Below, piece by piece: positions 1 to 8,398 of a stretch of DNA of 32,000 bases (within the stretch, counting starts at the first letter, position 1; the number at the start of each line of letters is the position of its first letter). The stretch lies in the NCBI GenBank assembly GCA_030167145.1, contig CP126532.1:3000001-3032000 (forward strand), read 5' to 3'. The position numbers and the translations under genes were made by a program. Origin of the DNA: Ktedonobacterales bacterium. GTDB lineage: Bacteria; Chloroflexota; Ktedonobacteria; Ktedonobacterales; JADMIN01. A model generated the notes under the pieces. That model saw only the letters and a program-made list of their open reading frames with translations, was not told the origin of the DNA and made no database searches.

Positions 1-491
1 TAGATGCGCGTGAACACACCACAGAGTTGCTCGGCTGAGAGCTTCTGCACCGCATAAGGCGACATGGGCAAGGTTGGCATCGCTTCGTGCTTTGGCAGGG
101 TGGGCGTATCGCCATAGACCGACGACGACGAGGCGTAAACCACGCGCCGCACACCGCTCTCGCGCGCCGCCAGCAGCACATTCAGCGTGCCGTTGATGTT
201 CGTTTCGAGCGAGGCAACCGGCTCAGCAATGGAACGCGGCACCGAGGCGAGCGCCCCCTGGTGAAAGACGACCTCCGCGCCAGCGATGGCCGCGCGCACG
301 GCATCGGCATCGCGCAGATCGCCGCTCACGAACTCGACGCTGTCGCCGCTGAGATGAGCAATATTGGCCTCTTTGCCGGTGGAGAGATTATCGAAGATAC
401 GAACCGATTCGCCGCGCGTCATCAGCGCTTCGGCGATGTGCGAGCCAATGAAACCGGCTCCTCCGGTGATAACGAAACGTGCTGCCTTCAT
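1..491 (-). CDS. NAD-dependent epimerase/dehydratase (UDP-glucose 4-epimerase-like SDR), N-terminal ~163 aa; 3' end runs off the window
   Basis: Absent from the ORF track because it is open at the window edge. Manual reverse-complement translation from ATG at 491-489 gives MKAARFVITGGAGFIGSHIAEAL... It shows a Rossmann GxxGxxG (TGGAGFIG), then YASSSSVYG, then catalytic YxxxK (SPYAVQK). A GGAGG RBS lies at the complement of 496-500. Confidence 0.85.
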   Translation of the reverse strand, partial: MKAARFVITGGAGFIGSHIAEALMTRGESVRIFDNLSTGKEANIAHLSGDSVEFVSGDLRDADAVRAAIAGAEVVFHQGALASVPRSIAEPVASLETNINGTLNVLLAARESGVRRVVYASSSSVYGDTPTLPKHEAMPTLPMSPYAVQKLSAEQLCGVFTRI

Positions 492-550
492 CCAACCTCC
501 CCAAGAACCTGAGCGCATCCCGATGCGCTGCTCCTTCGCGCGCCGCGCCA

Positions 551-582
551 CGCCGCCATCTGCGTAGGGGTGTACGGCGTAC
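551..582 (+). repeat. REP-like element, family A (GTAG + GC-rich imperfect palindrome GGGTGTACGGCGTACGCCC)
   Basis: The 32-nt block cgccgccatctgcgtaggggtgtacggcgtac recurs exactly, in inverted orientation, at 1577-1608. GTAG is at 564-567, followed by a hairpin-forming palindrome. Confidence 0.7.
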
Positions 583-865
583 GCCCGCCGTATACCCGCC
601 GCGCGGCGCATGCGCGCGATTTCGCTAGTGTTATAGGCGCTAACGCCAGCAGTATACCAGCAGAGGTCGCCAGATGGGTAGGAGAGCCACGCTTTTGTAC
701 CAGCGCCGCTGCCAGATGCCGCCGCTGAGCGCGCGACCACTGTAGCCTGCAATGCGATGGCGCGCGGGAGTTGAGTATGTATTGAGTATGTATGGTCAGG
801 CAGGGGAACATTTTGAGCAGGATTGCGTTATGTTGGTAGGGATTTCTATTGAGAGGGGGTTGTTC

Positions 866-1471
866 ATGGTGTCCTTCCTTCGACGGCGGCTGTACGTCGG
901 CTTTCTTTTCGCGCTGATGGCGCTGGCTGGCTGCGGGGTGACGGCGGTGAGCGCAGCGGATTGCTCTAGCCTGGGCGGTAGTCCAGGGACGAAGACCAGC
1001 GGCCCGATAACTATCGCCACCGACCACACGACCTACGCGGCGAATGCGCCGCTGGTGGTCACGGTGACGAATACGCTCAGCACCAGCATCTACGCGCCCG
1101 ACCACGCGGCGGACTGCTCGATTCTGGCGCTGCGCAGCGTGGCGGCAGGGCAGTCTACGCCACCCAACTTCCAATACGGGTGCGCGCTCGGCATCGCCAC
1201 GCGGCTGATCGAGATCGGCGCGGGCAAGTCCTACACGGCGACGATCCATCCAGGCTATCTGCACGAGGGAACATTTGCTCCGGGGACGTATCAACTGGCG
1301 TTGGCATACTTTCCGACAAACTCGTTCAGCGACGGAAACCGCACGGTCATCTATTCGCAGACGATCACCATCTCGACCTGCGGCGCGGCGACGCCGGTCA
1401 AGCCAGGGGCGGGTAGCACCGCGCAACCCGCCAGTGGCACGCCCGTGCAGGTCAGCGCGACGAAACCATAG
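866..1471 (+). CDS. Hypothetical secreted lipoprotein
   Basis: Track ORF 752..1471. I prefer ATG 866 (purine-rich RBS GAGAGGGGG ~851-859), giving MVSFLRRRLYVGFLFALMALAGCGV: basic n-region, hydrophobic core and LAGC lipobox. No enzymatic motif recognised. Confidence 0.6.
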   Translation: MVSFLRRRLYVGFLFALMALAGCGVTAVSAADCSSLGGSPGTKTSGPITIATDHTTYAANAPLVVTVTNTLSTSIYAPDHAADCSILALRSVAAGQSTPPNFQYGCALGIATRLIEIGAGKSYTATIHPGYLHEGTFAPGTYQLALAYFPTNSFSDGNRTVIYSQTITISTCGAATPVKPGAGSTAQPASGTPVQVSATKP

Positions 1472-1576
1472 CGGTGTGCGTTCGCCTGTTTCTGGCAGCG
1501 TACTTGCTGAAAGTGTGCTGTCGTATCGTTCAGCGGGATGGCGCGTGCCGCCCGCTGGATAGGCCGCGCGGTGGGT

Positions 1577-1608
1577 GTACGCCGTACACCCCTACGCAGA
1601 TGGCGGCG
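1577..1608 (-). repeat. REP-like element, family A, inverted copy
   Basis: The reverse complement equals 551-582 over 32 nt. Similarity continues imperfectly for ~20 nt more on each side. CTAC is at 1592-1595 on the plus strand. Confidence 0.7.
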
Positions 1609-1646
1609 CGGCGCTCGCTCGCACATGCGGGGTGAGGAGGGGAGAT

Positions 1647-1805
1647 ATGTCGCGGCATCGTGTGCGGTGGTGGCATACAGCCTTGATGGGGCTGGCAGCG
1701 GTTGTGTTGATGGCGGCGCTGGCCGGATGTATGGGCGCGTCCACCACGCCCCAGCATCAATCCACGCCCATTCCGCCACAACCAGGAATGATCTGGCATC
1801 CGTAG
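1647..1805 (+). CDS. Small putative lipoprotein (52 aa)
   Basis: Lies inside track ORF 1575..1805. ATG 1647 is preceded by GAGGAGG (1634-1640). The product MSRHRVRWWHTALMGLAAVVLMAALAGCMG... has a signal peptide plus LAGC lipobox. It is short, so coding status is uncertain. Confidence 0.4.
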   Translation: MSRHRVRWWHTALMGLAAVVLMAALAGCMGASTTPQHQSTPIPPQPGMIWHP

Positions 1806-1892
1806 CTCGTTGGCTGTATTAAGCTGTGCAATGAGTGACCATCTTTGCGCGCCGCTGTGCCCACGCCTGGGCGTAGCGGCGCATCTTGTCCG

Positions 1893-3113
1893 CTAGCGGC
1901 CTTCCACCGCTGCTCTGCCCGCGTTCTGCAGGGTCGTGTCGTCGGGTGGCGCGTTGATCAGTCCTGCCCGCGCGTCGCGGAAGAGCCGTTCCAGGCGCAT
2001 CGGCTCGCGCTGGAGGCCCGCGCCGCCGGTGATGCGCAGCGCCAGATCAGTCACGCGCACCGCGTTATTCGTCGTGATGGATTTGACCAGCCCACCCTGC
2101 GCGCGCAGCACGGGACGCAACTCCGGCGTCTCTACCCAATCCGCCGCCAGTCCGTAGAGCAGCCGATGCGAAGCTAGCAGCAGCGCCTCGATCTCACCGA
2201 GCTTCTGGCGCACGGTGGGCAATTCGCCAATGGGCTTGCCGAGCGCCGTGGGGATGCGCGTCGCCGCGAAATGGACTGCCTCATCACGTGCGGCCAGCGC
2301 CACACCCGTATAGATAGCCCCCAGCGTCAACGCGCCCCATGGCAGCCCCAGCGCCGCGCGCGGATCAGGCGCGCCGACCGGGCGCACGTCCAGCAGCGCA
2401 TCCGCGCCAACCCGTGCGTCTTCGAGCACCAGATCGTCGCTGCCGCTGGCGCGGAGCGCCATCGCATCCCATGTCTTTTCGATGCGCAGCCCCAGTGCGT
2501 CGGATGGCACGAGAAAGCTGCCCAGCCGCACTGGCTCGCCTGGCTCATCCAGCGCCGCCAGCACTAGGAAGTAGCGCAGCGCGGGCGCGCCCGTCGTGTA
2601 GATCTTGCGCCCGGTGATGCGCCAGTCGCCAGCCGGATCGGGCTGGGCGGTGGTCGCGGGGACGCCGCCATGGCTGGGGCTGCCAAGCTCCGGCTCGGCC
2701 TGCGCGGCGTTGAGCATCGCGCCGTCCTCGACGATCTCGCGGCAGAGCGCGGGGAAGCGCTCCGGCCACAGTCCGCCCTCCGCCATCTGGCCGATGTTGC
2801 TCAGGTGCATGCCCAGCGCCAGCGCCGTCGAGGCGTCGCCCCAGGCCAGCCGCTCGATCACCAGCGTATGCTCCAACTCGTTCGCGCCCAGGCCGCCATA
2901 GGTCTCCGGCACGGTTAGCGCCAGCAGGCCGCTCTCGCGCAGATCGGCAATATTCTCCAACGGAAATGAGGCGTCGGCGTCGTGCGCCAGGGCGCGCGCC
3001 GCGAAGCGTTCGGCCAGCGGAGCCGCCAGCGCCAGCAAGCGTCGCTGCCGTTCGCTGCGCGGATAGCCCGCGTAGCGCTGGATGGTGTCTGGTGCGGAAT
3101 CGTGTTCGGTCAT
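1893..3113 (-). CDS. Acyl-CoA dehydrogenase family protein
   Basis: Track ORF 1893..3137. Length and layout fit the ACAD fold (N-terminal helical region with LTVPETYGGLG, middle beta domain, C-terminal helical region ...RITGGAGL...RLFRDARAG). Start ATG 3113 (MTEHDS, AGGA ~8 nt upstream) is preferred; ATG 3137 is the alternative. Confidence 0.8.
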   Translation of the reverse strand: MTEHDSAPDTIQRYAGYPRSERQRRLLALAAPLAERFAARALAHDADASFPLENIADLRESGLLALTVPETYGGLGANELEHTLVIERLAWGDASTALALGMHLSNIGQMAEGGLWPERFPALCREIVEDGAMLNAAQAEPELGSPSHGGVPATTAQPDPAGDWRITGRKIYTTGAPALRYFLVLAALDEPGEPVRLGSFLVPSDALGLRIEKTWDAMALRASGSDDLVLEDARVGADALLDVRPVGAPDPRAALGLPWGALTLGAIYTGVALAARDEAVHFAATRIPTALGKPIGELPTVRQKLGEIEALLLASHRLLYGLAADWVETPELRPVLRAQGGLVKSITTNNAVRVTDLALRITGGAGLQREPMRLERLFRDARAGLINAPPDDTTLQNAGRAAVEGR

Positions 3114-3249
3114 GCTGCGTCGTCCTGTTCCTCTCATCGTTGTTGCTCAGATTGTACCGTGGCGTGGCGGGTGTAGGACGAGCGGGGCCGTTCAACGCTT
3201 CCTCTCCACCTACCCCGTGACGACGGGTTTCGTGGCCGCACATATCATC

Positions 3250-3272
3250 GTAGGGGCGCACGCCGTGCGCCC
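3250..3272 (+). repeat. REP-like element, family A (GTAG + GGGCGCACG/CGTGCGCCC hairpin)
   Basis: gtaggggcgcacgccgtgcgccc: a GTAG tetranucleotide directly followed by a 9+9 palindrome, in the intergenic region between divergent genes. Confidence 0.6.
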
Positions 3273-3498
3273 TCTGCGCGATTGCAACCACTCGCCCTAC
3301 ATACCCAGCAGTAGCCCATCTGGGCTGTATGGATGAGATGCAGTTCTTGGGCATGCCCGGTCGTTTGCGATCCTGTGTAGCTCATGCTTTGCGACGACCG
3401 GCAGGCGATTCCTTCGCCGCGCGTCTGTCGAATATCGCGCGAACCTCTTGCATACTCGTAGCGTTGACGTGACGTTGGAACAGGGAAGTGGGGGCAAC

Positions 3499-4701
3499 AT
3501 GCGGCAGCCTGTGAACACGGATGAGCGGTCGGCACGATCTACGGCTTTCGTCACGGCGTATCATCCCGATATCCACTATGATGCGGATATGCTCGATGAA
3601 TGGGCTGCATGGAACGACGATGACGACGCACTGGACGCGGTAGCGGTAGAGGATCTCGAAACTCTCCCCATGCCCCGCGTGACACGCACGATGGATGTGT
3701 CCCCGCGTCCATCCGCGAGTGGCCGCTGGACCTCTCCGGCGCGGCGGCTGAACGCCCACGATACGACACTGGTGGAGCGCACCACACAAATCCTTGACCT
3801 GATCGAGATTGTGGATGCACGCGCCGAGTCGATGCTGCCCACCGCGCCCACCGAACGCACCCCCGTGACGCTCCTTCCGGCGGGATCGCTGGCCGCCCAG
3901 GCGCAGGCGATTGCCGGGCGCGCGCCGCGCAAACCCGCCAGCAAGGTGCGACAAGCGGCGGTCTGGCTGCTGGCGATCTCGTGTGTCGTGGCCGTGCTCA
4001 TCGCGGTGTTGCCGCTGGCCGCGCCCGCGCCGCTAAAAACGGCCTTTCAGCCGTCGCTGCCGCAACTTGTCCCCGGCGCGCAGAGCACCTCGCAGACCGA
4101 CCCAACGCAGCAGATGGGGCCATGGTCCACGGGAGTGACAGTCTCGGATACCTTGGGCTTGGGTGGCGGCGCGGCCCCTGGGGTGAAGGCCCCCGGTAGC
4201 GCGGGCATCCCCGTGACCAAGAACACCAAGCCCGCCCCCGCGCCGGTCACATCGAAACCCAAGCCACCCGCCGTCTCGCCCGCGCCACTCCAGCCGTGGC
4301 CGCCGCGTTATGCCTATATGTATGTGCCGGGGCATCCCGCATTCTCGGTCACCAGTTCCGGCGGCTTCTATTCCTGGGCCTTCGGGCAATGTACCTGGTG
4401 GGCGCAGTATAAGCGCAAGGACGAGACGCTAACCCACATGGGCAACGCCATGTACTGGACCGGCAGCGCGGCCCGGCGCGGCTACAAGACCGGCACGGTG
4501 CCAGTGCGCAACGCGACCGTGGTCTTCCAGCCGGGGGTGCAGAGCGCGGGCGGTGTCGGCCACGTGGCGCACGTCGAAGCCGTCTACCCTGGTGGCTGGT
4601 TCCTGATGTCGGAGATGAACTTCTACGTCAACGGCGGCGGCTGGGGCCGGGTAGACTACCGCTTTGCGCACGCCGGGTCAGGCGTCACCTTCATCTATTA
4701 G
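3499..4701 (+). CDS. Membrane-anchored CHAP-domain peptidoglycan amidase/peptidase
   Basis: Track ORF 3448..4701. ATG 3499 follows GGAAGTGGGGG. The protein has an acidic N-terminal region, one TM helix (AAVWLLAISCVVAVLIAVLPLAAPA), a Pro/Lys-rich linker and a C-terminal CHAP signature (catalytic Cys in FGQCTWWAQYKR, His in GHVAHVEAV). Confidence 0.8.
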   Translation: MRQPVNTDERSARSTAFVTAYHPDIHYDADMLDEWAAWNDDDDALDAVAVEDLETLPMPRVTRTMDVSPRPSASGRWTSPARRLNAHDTTLVERTTQILDLIEIVDARAESMLPTAPTERTPVTLLPAGSLAAQAQAIAGRAPRKPASKVRQAAVWLLAISCVVAVLIAVLPLAAPAPLKTAFQPSLPQLVPGAQSTSQTDPTQQMGPWSTGVTVSDTLGLGGGAAPGVKAPGSAGIPVTKNTKPAPAPVTSKPKPPAVSPAPLQPWPPRYAYMYVPGHPAFSVTSSGGFYSWAFGQCTWWAQYKRKDETLTHMGNAMYWTGSAARRGYKTGTVPVRNATVVFQPGVQSAGGVGHVAHVEAVYPGGWFLMSEMNFYVNGGGWGRVDYRFAHAGSGVTFIY

Positions 4702-4737
4702 CCGTCGCACATACAATCAGTGACTCAAGATTCCTCC

Positions 4738-4775
4738 ACGCCGCACAACGTTGTGCGGCGTTTCCTCTTGCCTTT
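4738..4775 (+). terminator. Rho-independent terminator candidate after the CHAP gene
   Basis: Perfect 24-nt palindrome acgccgcacaac/gttgtgcggcgt (4738-4761) followed by a T-rich tail tttcctcttgcctttt. Confidence 0.6.
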
Positions 4776-4787
4776 TCAATCGCCCTA

Positions 4788-4816
4788 TTGACAGCACTAT
4801 TGCTTGCATGTATGAT
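4788..4816 (+). promoter_or_regulatory. Sigma70-type promoter for the beta-propeller gene
   Basis: TTGACA (4788-4793), 17-nt spacer, TATGAT (4811-4816). It lies ~80 nt upstream of the ATG at 4898. Confidence 0.55.
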
Positions 4817-4897
4817 GGTCGTGATTGCTCGCAGTGTGACTGAAATTGAAGTGTGGCAAGCGCGAGGTTCGGTGATGGATCCGAATTATGGAGGTGG

Positions 4898-6487
4898 ATG
4901 ATGTGGCGGCTGGTGTGTGCTATTTCCATTGCGATGGCAGCGACGCTGTGTTTCGGGCTGCTCGTAGCCATACCCGCTGTTGCGGCAACGCCGAATATTC
5001 CGGTCATCTCGGTTCAGGGATACCCCGCGCCAGGCAATACACTCACCGTATCAGGCTATCGCTTCCGTGTCGGCGAAACGGTCAGCGTCAAGTATGACGC
5101 CGCTTTTGTCGCCACCGCGAAGGTCTTTCAGCGGATCACGATTCAGCAGCCGCCTTCTGGGGGTGATAGCGGCAGCTTCTCAGCCACGTTCACCGTTCCC
5201 ATCGCCACCACCACTGGCGCGCATACCGTCTCCGCCGTCGGCCAGACGAGTGGCGACACAGCGCAGACGACCATAACGGTCAAGGCCAATTGGTCGCAGT
5301 TCGGCTTTACGAGCGCGAATACCCGCTACAACTCCTATGAAACTGCGATCAACCCGTCGAATGTCGCAAACTTGGCGTTGGACTGGTCGCTCCATAACTC
5401 AAACTTGAGTAATTCTGCGAATAATAGTGCAACAGTTTCCGATGGGACACTGTACATTGCGGGAATAGGCACACTGTTCGCGCTGGATGCCACCACTGGC
5501 GCCACGAAGTGGACGGCAAGTGATTATCAAATATTTGGGCGAACACCCGCTGTGTCGCATGGCGTCGTGGTCACGTCAGGCTACGGTGTCGAGGGCTGGG
5601 ACACCGCGACGGGGCGCCTGCTCTGGATGGCCAACGAAGCGCCGATTTTTACGTATGGCGTTACTGTGGCGGACGGATTAGTATTTGTGGCGAAGGACGA
5701 CACGCTCTACGCATTTAATCTCACTGGTTGTGGGTCAATTTCTTGCAATCCTGAATGGACGTATGTTGAGACAGGTGGCTCCATCCTGGACCTGCCGGCA
5801 GTTGCAAATGGTGTGGTCTATGTGGCCGACAGCACAACACTTGGCTGGAGTGTCGCCGCGATAGATGAGCACAAGGGCACTCTATCGTGGAAAGATCCGA
5901 TTGCAACTGGATTCGGCACGAGCACGCCCGTCATTGACAATGGAGATCTGATTGTCAACACGAACAGTTCCAGCCAGGGAGGCATGCTGTATGGATTCAG
6001 TGCCTCTGGTTGTGGCGCTGCGACGTGTGCGCCCCTCTGGACCGCGCCCGATGCGTCGCAAGACTCCGATACGCCTGCGGTGGCGAACGGTGTCGTCTAT
6101 GTAGGCACACCAGACTGGCATCTGGAGGCGTTTAATGAAGCCGGTTGCGTAGCCCCGCCCTGTTCGCCGCTCTGGTCAGCATCGTTGGATGGCAAAGTTG
6201 CCGCTGCTCCCGCTGTCGCCGATGGGATTGTCTATGTGAGTGTAGATAATGATACCGCCGCCAGGGGCACTGTCTATGCCTTCCCCGCTGCTGGCTGTGG
6301 CTCGTCTACCTGCACTCCTTTGTGGAAATGGACCACCTATAACGATGCCTTCGAAGATGCGCCCATTGTGGTCAATGGCACAGTGTATATTCCAACCTAC
6401 GACGGCACTCTCTACGCCTTCCACCTCCCTGGCGCGTCAGTGCGCATCACGCCTGGGCACATAACTGGTGGTAAGGCCAGCCGCTAG
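4898..6487 (+). CDS. Secreted PQQ-like (BamB/YVTN-type) beta-propeller repeat protein with an N-terminal Ig-like segment
   Basis: Track ORF 4853..6487 (GTG). ATG-ATG at 4898/4901 follows GGAGG (4890-4894). Signal peptide MMWRLVCAISIAMAATLCFGLLVAIPAVAA. Propeller-blade motifs repeat (ANGVVYVG, GTLYAF, DGxVYV), and GC-x4-C-x-P-x-W occurs four times. Confidence 0.75.
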   Translation: MMWRLVCAISIAMAATLCFGLLVAIPAVAATPNIPVISVQGYPAPGNTLTVSGYRFRVGETVSVKYDAAFVATAKVFQRITIQQPPSGGDSGSFSATFTVPIATTTGAHTVSAVGQTSGDTAQTTITVKANWSQFGFTSANTRYNSYETAINPSNVANLALDWSLHNSNLSNSANNSATVSDGTLYIAGIGTLFALDATTGATKWTASDYQIFGRTPAVSHGVVVTSGYGVEGWDTATGRLLWMANEAPIFTYGVTVADGLVFVAKDDTLYAFNLTGCGSISCNPEWTYVETGGSILDLPAVANGVVYVADSTTLGWSVAAIDEHKGTLSWKDPIATGFGTSTPVIDNGDLIVNTNSSSQGGMLYGFSASGCGAATCAPLWTAPDASQDSDTPAVANGVVYVGTPDWHLEAFNEAGCVAPPCSPLWSASLDGKVAAAPAVADGIVYVSVDNDTAARGTVYAFPAAGCGSSTCTPLWKWTTYNDAFEDAPIVVNGTVYIPTYDGTLYAFHLPGASVRITPGHITGGKASR

Positions 6488-6514
6488 ACAAACAGCGGGT
6501 TCACTCAGTACAAT
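6485..6514 (+). promoter_or_regulatory. Candidate promoter of the gcv operon
   Basis: TAGACA (6485-6490), 18-nt spacer, TACAAT (6509-6514). A 10-bp perfect inverted repeat acaatgacgg/ccgtcattgt (6510-6519 and 6538-6547) overlaps the -10. Confidence 0.4.
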
Positions 6515-6657
6515 GACGGGTGCGTACACAATACGCTCCGTCATTGTTCGCGTATCGCACACGCGCGGCGCAGGGATGTCGCGCGGCGGCTGGTACGCGG
6601 GCCACGCGCAACGCGGCGCGCGAGCGCATGGGGCGCAGAGAGGGTGAACCCACTACG

Positions 6658-7782
6658 ATGAGCGACACACACGCGGCGGCAACGGAGCTGAAGCGCACCC
6701 CACTCTACGAGCGGCATCGCGCGTTGGGCGCGCGGCTCGTCGAGTTCGGTGGCTGGGAGATGCCCGTCCAGTATACCGGCATCATCGAAGAGCACCACGC
6801 CGTGCGACAGCGCGCGGGCCTCTTCGATGTCTGCCACATGGGCGAATTTCGCGTCGAGGGGCCGGGCGCGCTTGACTTCCTGCAATATCTCGTCCCCAAC
6901 GACGTGAGCCGCCTGGTCGAAAATCAGGCGCTCTACACCCAGATCTGCCTCCCCAACGGCGGCACACTCGACGACCTCATCATCTATCGCCTCGGCGACG
7001 AACGCTACATGACCGTCGTCAACGCCGGAACCATCGCCAAGGATTGGGACTGGTTTTCGCAGCACGCCGCTGGCCGCGACGGCCTGACGCTCACCAACGT
7101 CTCCGACGAGATGGGGCTGCTCGCGCTGCAAGGCCCGCTCGCCGGGGCGATCCTCCAGCCACTTACCGCGACCCCGCTCGATGCCATCGCCTACTACCAT
7201 TGTCAGCCGGGGAGCGTCGCGGGCATAGACTGCATCATCTCGCGCACCGGCTACACCGGCGAAGACGGCTTCGAACTCTACTGCGGCGCCGCGCAGGCGG
7301 GCGCGCTCTGGGACGCGCTGCTCGCCGCTGGACAGCCACACGGCCTGCTGCCCGCCGGGCTGGGCGCACGTGATACGCTGCGGCTCGAAGCAGGCTACTG
7401 CCTCTACGGCCACGAATTGAGCGAGAGCACCACACCGCTGGAAGCGGGCCTGGGCTGGACGGTGAAGCTCAACAAAGACGCCGACTTCATCGGCAAACAG
7501 GCGCTGGCCGACCAGAAGCGCGACGGCCTGCGGCAGAAGCTCGTCGGCGTCACCCTGCGCGAGCGCGGCGTGCCACGCGGCGGCTACGCCATCTACCTCA
7601 ACGGCGAGCGCATCGGCGAACTCACCAGCGGCACGCTCTGCCCCACGCTAGAGCGCCCCGCCGCGTTGGGCTTTGTGCCGCCCGCGCATGCCGCGCCGGG
7701 AACCGAGATTGCCATCGAGATACGCGGCAAGCTGGTCGCGGCTGAGATTGCGCCTCTACCATTCTATAAGCGCCAGAAGTGA
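6658..7782 (+). CDS. gcvT: Glycine cleavage system aminomethyltransferase (T protein)
   Basis: Track ORF 6520..7782. Internal ATG 6658 gives the classic N-terminus MSDTH...[29 protein letters not shown]. Operon context with gcvH and gcvP supports the call. Confidence 0.95.
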   Translation: MSDTHAAATELKRTPLYERHRALGARLVEFGGWEMPVQYTGIIEEHHAVRQRAGLFDVCHMGEFRVEGPGALDFLQYLVPNDVSRLVENQALYTQICLPNGGTLDDLIIYRLGDERYMTVVNAGTIAKDWDWFSQHAAGRDGLTLTNVSDEMGLLALQGPLAGAILQPLTATPLDAIAYYHCQPGSVAGIDCIISRTGYTGEDGFELYCGAAQAGALWDALLAAGQPHGLLPAGLGARDTLRLEAGYCLYGHELSESTTPLEAGLGWTVKLNKDADFIGKQALADQKRDGLRQKLVGVTLRERGVPRGGYAIYLNGERIGELTSGTLCPTLERPAALGFVPPAHAAPGTEIAIEIRGKLVAAEIAPLPFYKRQK

Positions 7783-7849
7783 GCGCAGTCCGGGCAACGT
7801 TGAACGTGTCGTATGCAAATGAAGCGTGTAGAAGGAGCGGGGTAGCCCT

Positions 7850-8257
7850 ATGGCCAACACTGATGTGCCCGACGATCTGAAGTACGCCGATACCCACGAA
7901 TGGGTGCGCGTGCAGGGTGACGAAGCGACCATTGGCATCAGCGAATACGCCCAGGACGAGCTAGGCGATGTCGTCTATCTCGATCTGCCGTGGGATGACG
8001 CCGGGCAGCGCGAGCTACGTATTGGCGACCACTTCGGCGACATTGAATCGGTCAAGGCCACCTCTGAGCTATTCATACCCATCAGCGGCACGCTCCTGCG
8101 GGTGAACGATGCGCTCAAAGCCGCGCCGGAGCAGGTCAACAGTGACCCCTACGGCGCGGGTTGGATGCTCGTCGTCAAGCTCAGCGACCCCGCTGAACTG
8201 GCGAAACTGATGGACGCCGCCGCCTATGCCAAGTTTCTCGAATCCGAAGGCCACTAA
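7850..8257 (+). CDS. gcvH: Glycine cleavage system H protein (lipoyl carrier)
   Basis: 135 aa with the lipoyl-lysine motif IESVKATSEL. GAAGGAG RBS at ~7831-7837. Confidence 0.95.
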   Translation: MANTDVPDDLKYADTHEWVRVQGDEATIGISEYAQDELGDVVYLDLPWDDAGQRELRIGDHFGDIESVKATSELFIPISGTLLRVNDALKAAPEQVNSDPYGAGWMLVVKLSDPAELAKLMDAAAYAKFLESEGH

Positions 8258-8276
8258 CGCCTGGCTTTCCCATCGC

Positions 8277-8334
8277 GTAGGGGCGTCCGGTGGACGCCCG
8301 CCACCGAGACCGTAGGGGCGTCCGGTGGACGCCC
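8277..8334 (+). repeat. Two tandem REP-like family A hairpins (35-bp period) in the gcvH-gcvPA spacer
   Basis: gtaggggcgtccggtggacgccc occurs at 8277-8299 and again at 8312-8334. Each copy is GTAG plus an 8-bp stem GGGCGTCC/GGACGCCC with a 3-nt loop. Confidence 0.8.
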
Positions 8335-8398
8335 ATCATCACACAATGGCCGCTCGCATCACCGTTAACGACAGCATTTCGTAGAGGAAACATCGCTT

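Noticed and set aside
488-1426. 312-aa minus-strand ORF overlapping the lipoprotein gene
   Set aside because: The product is Arg-rich shadow sequence. The real minus-strand gene upstream (the epimerase) is in a different frame and starts at 491. The plus-strand lipoprotein ORF has an RBS and a signal peptide.
6488-6657. Glycine riboswitch upstream of gcvT
   Set aside because: It is expected by analogy, but I could not find the conserved aptamer core sequences by eye. This needs a covariance-model scan before any call.
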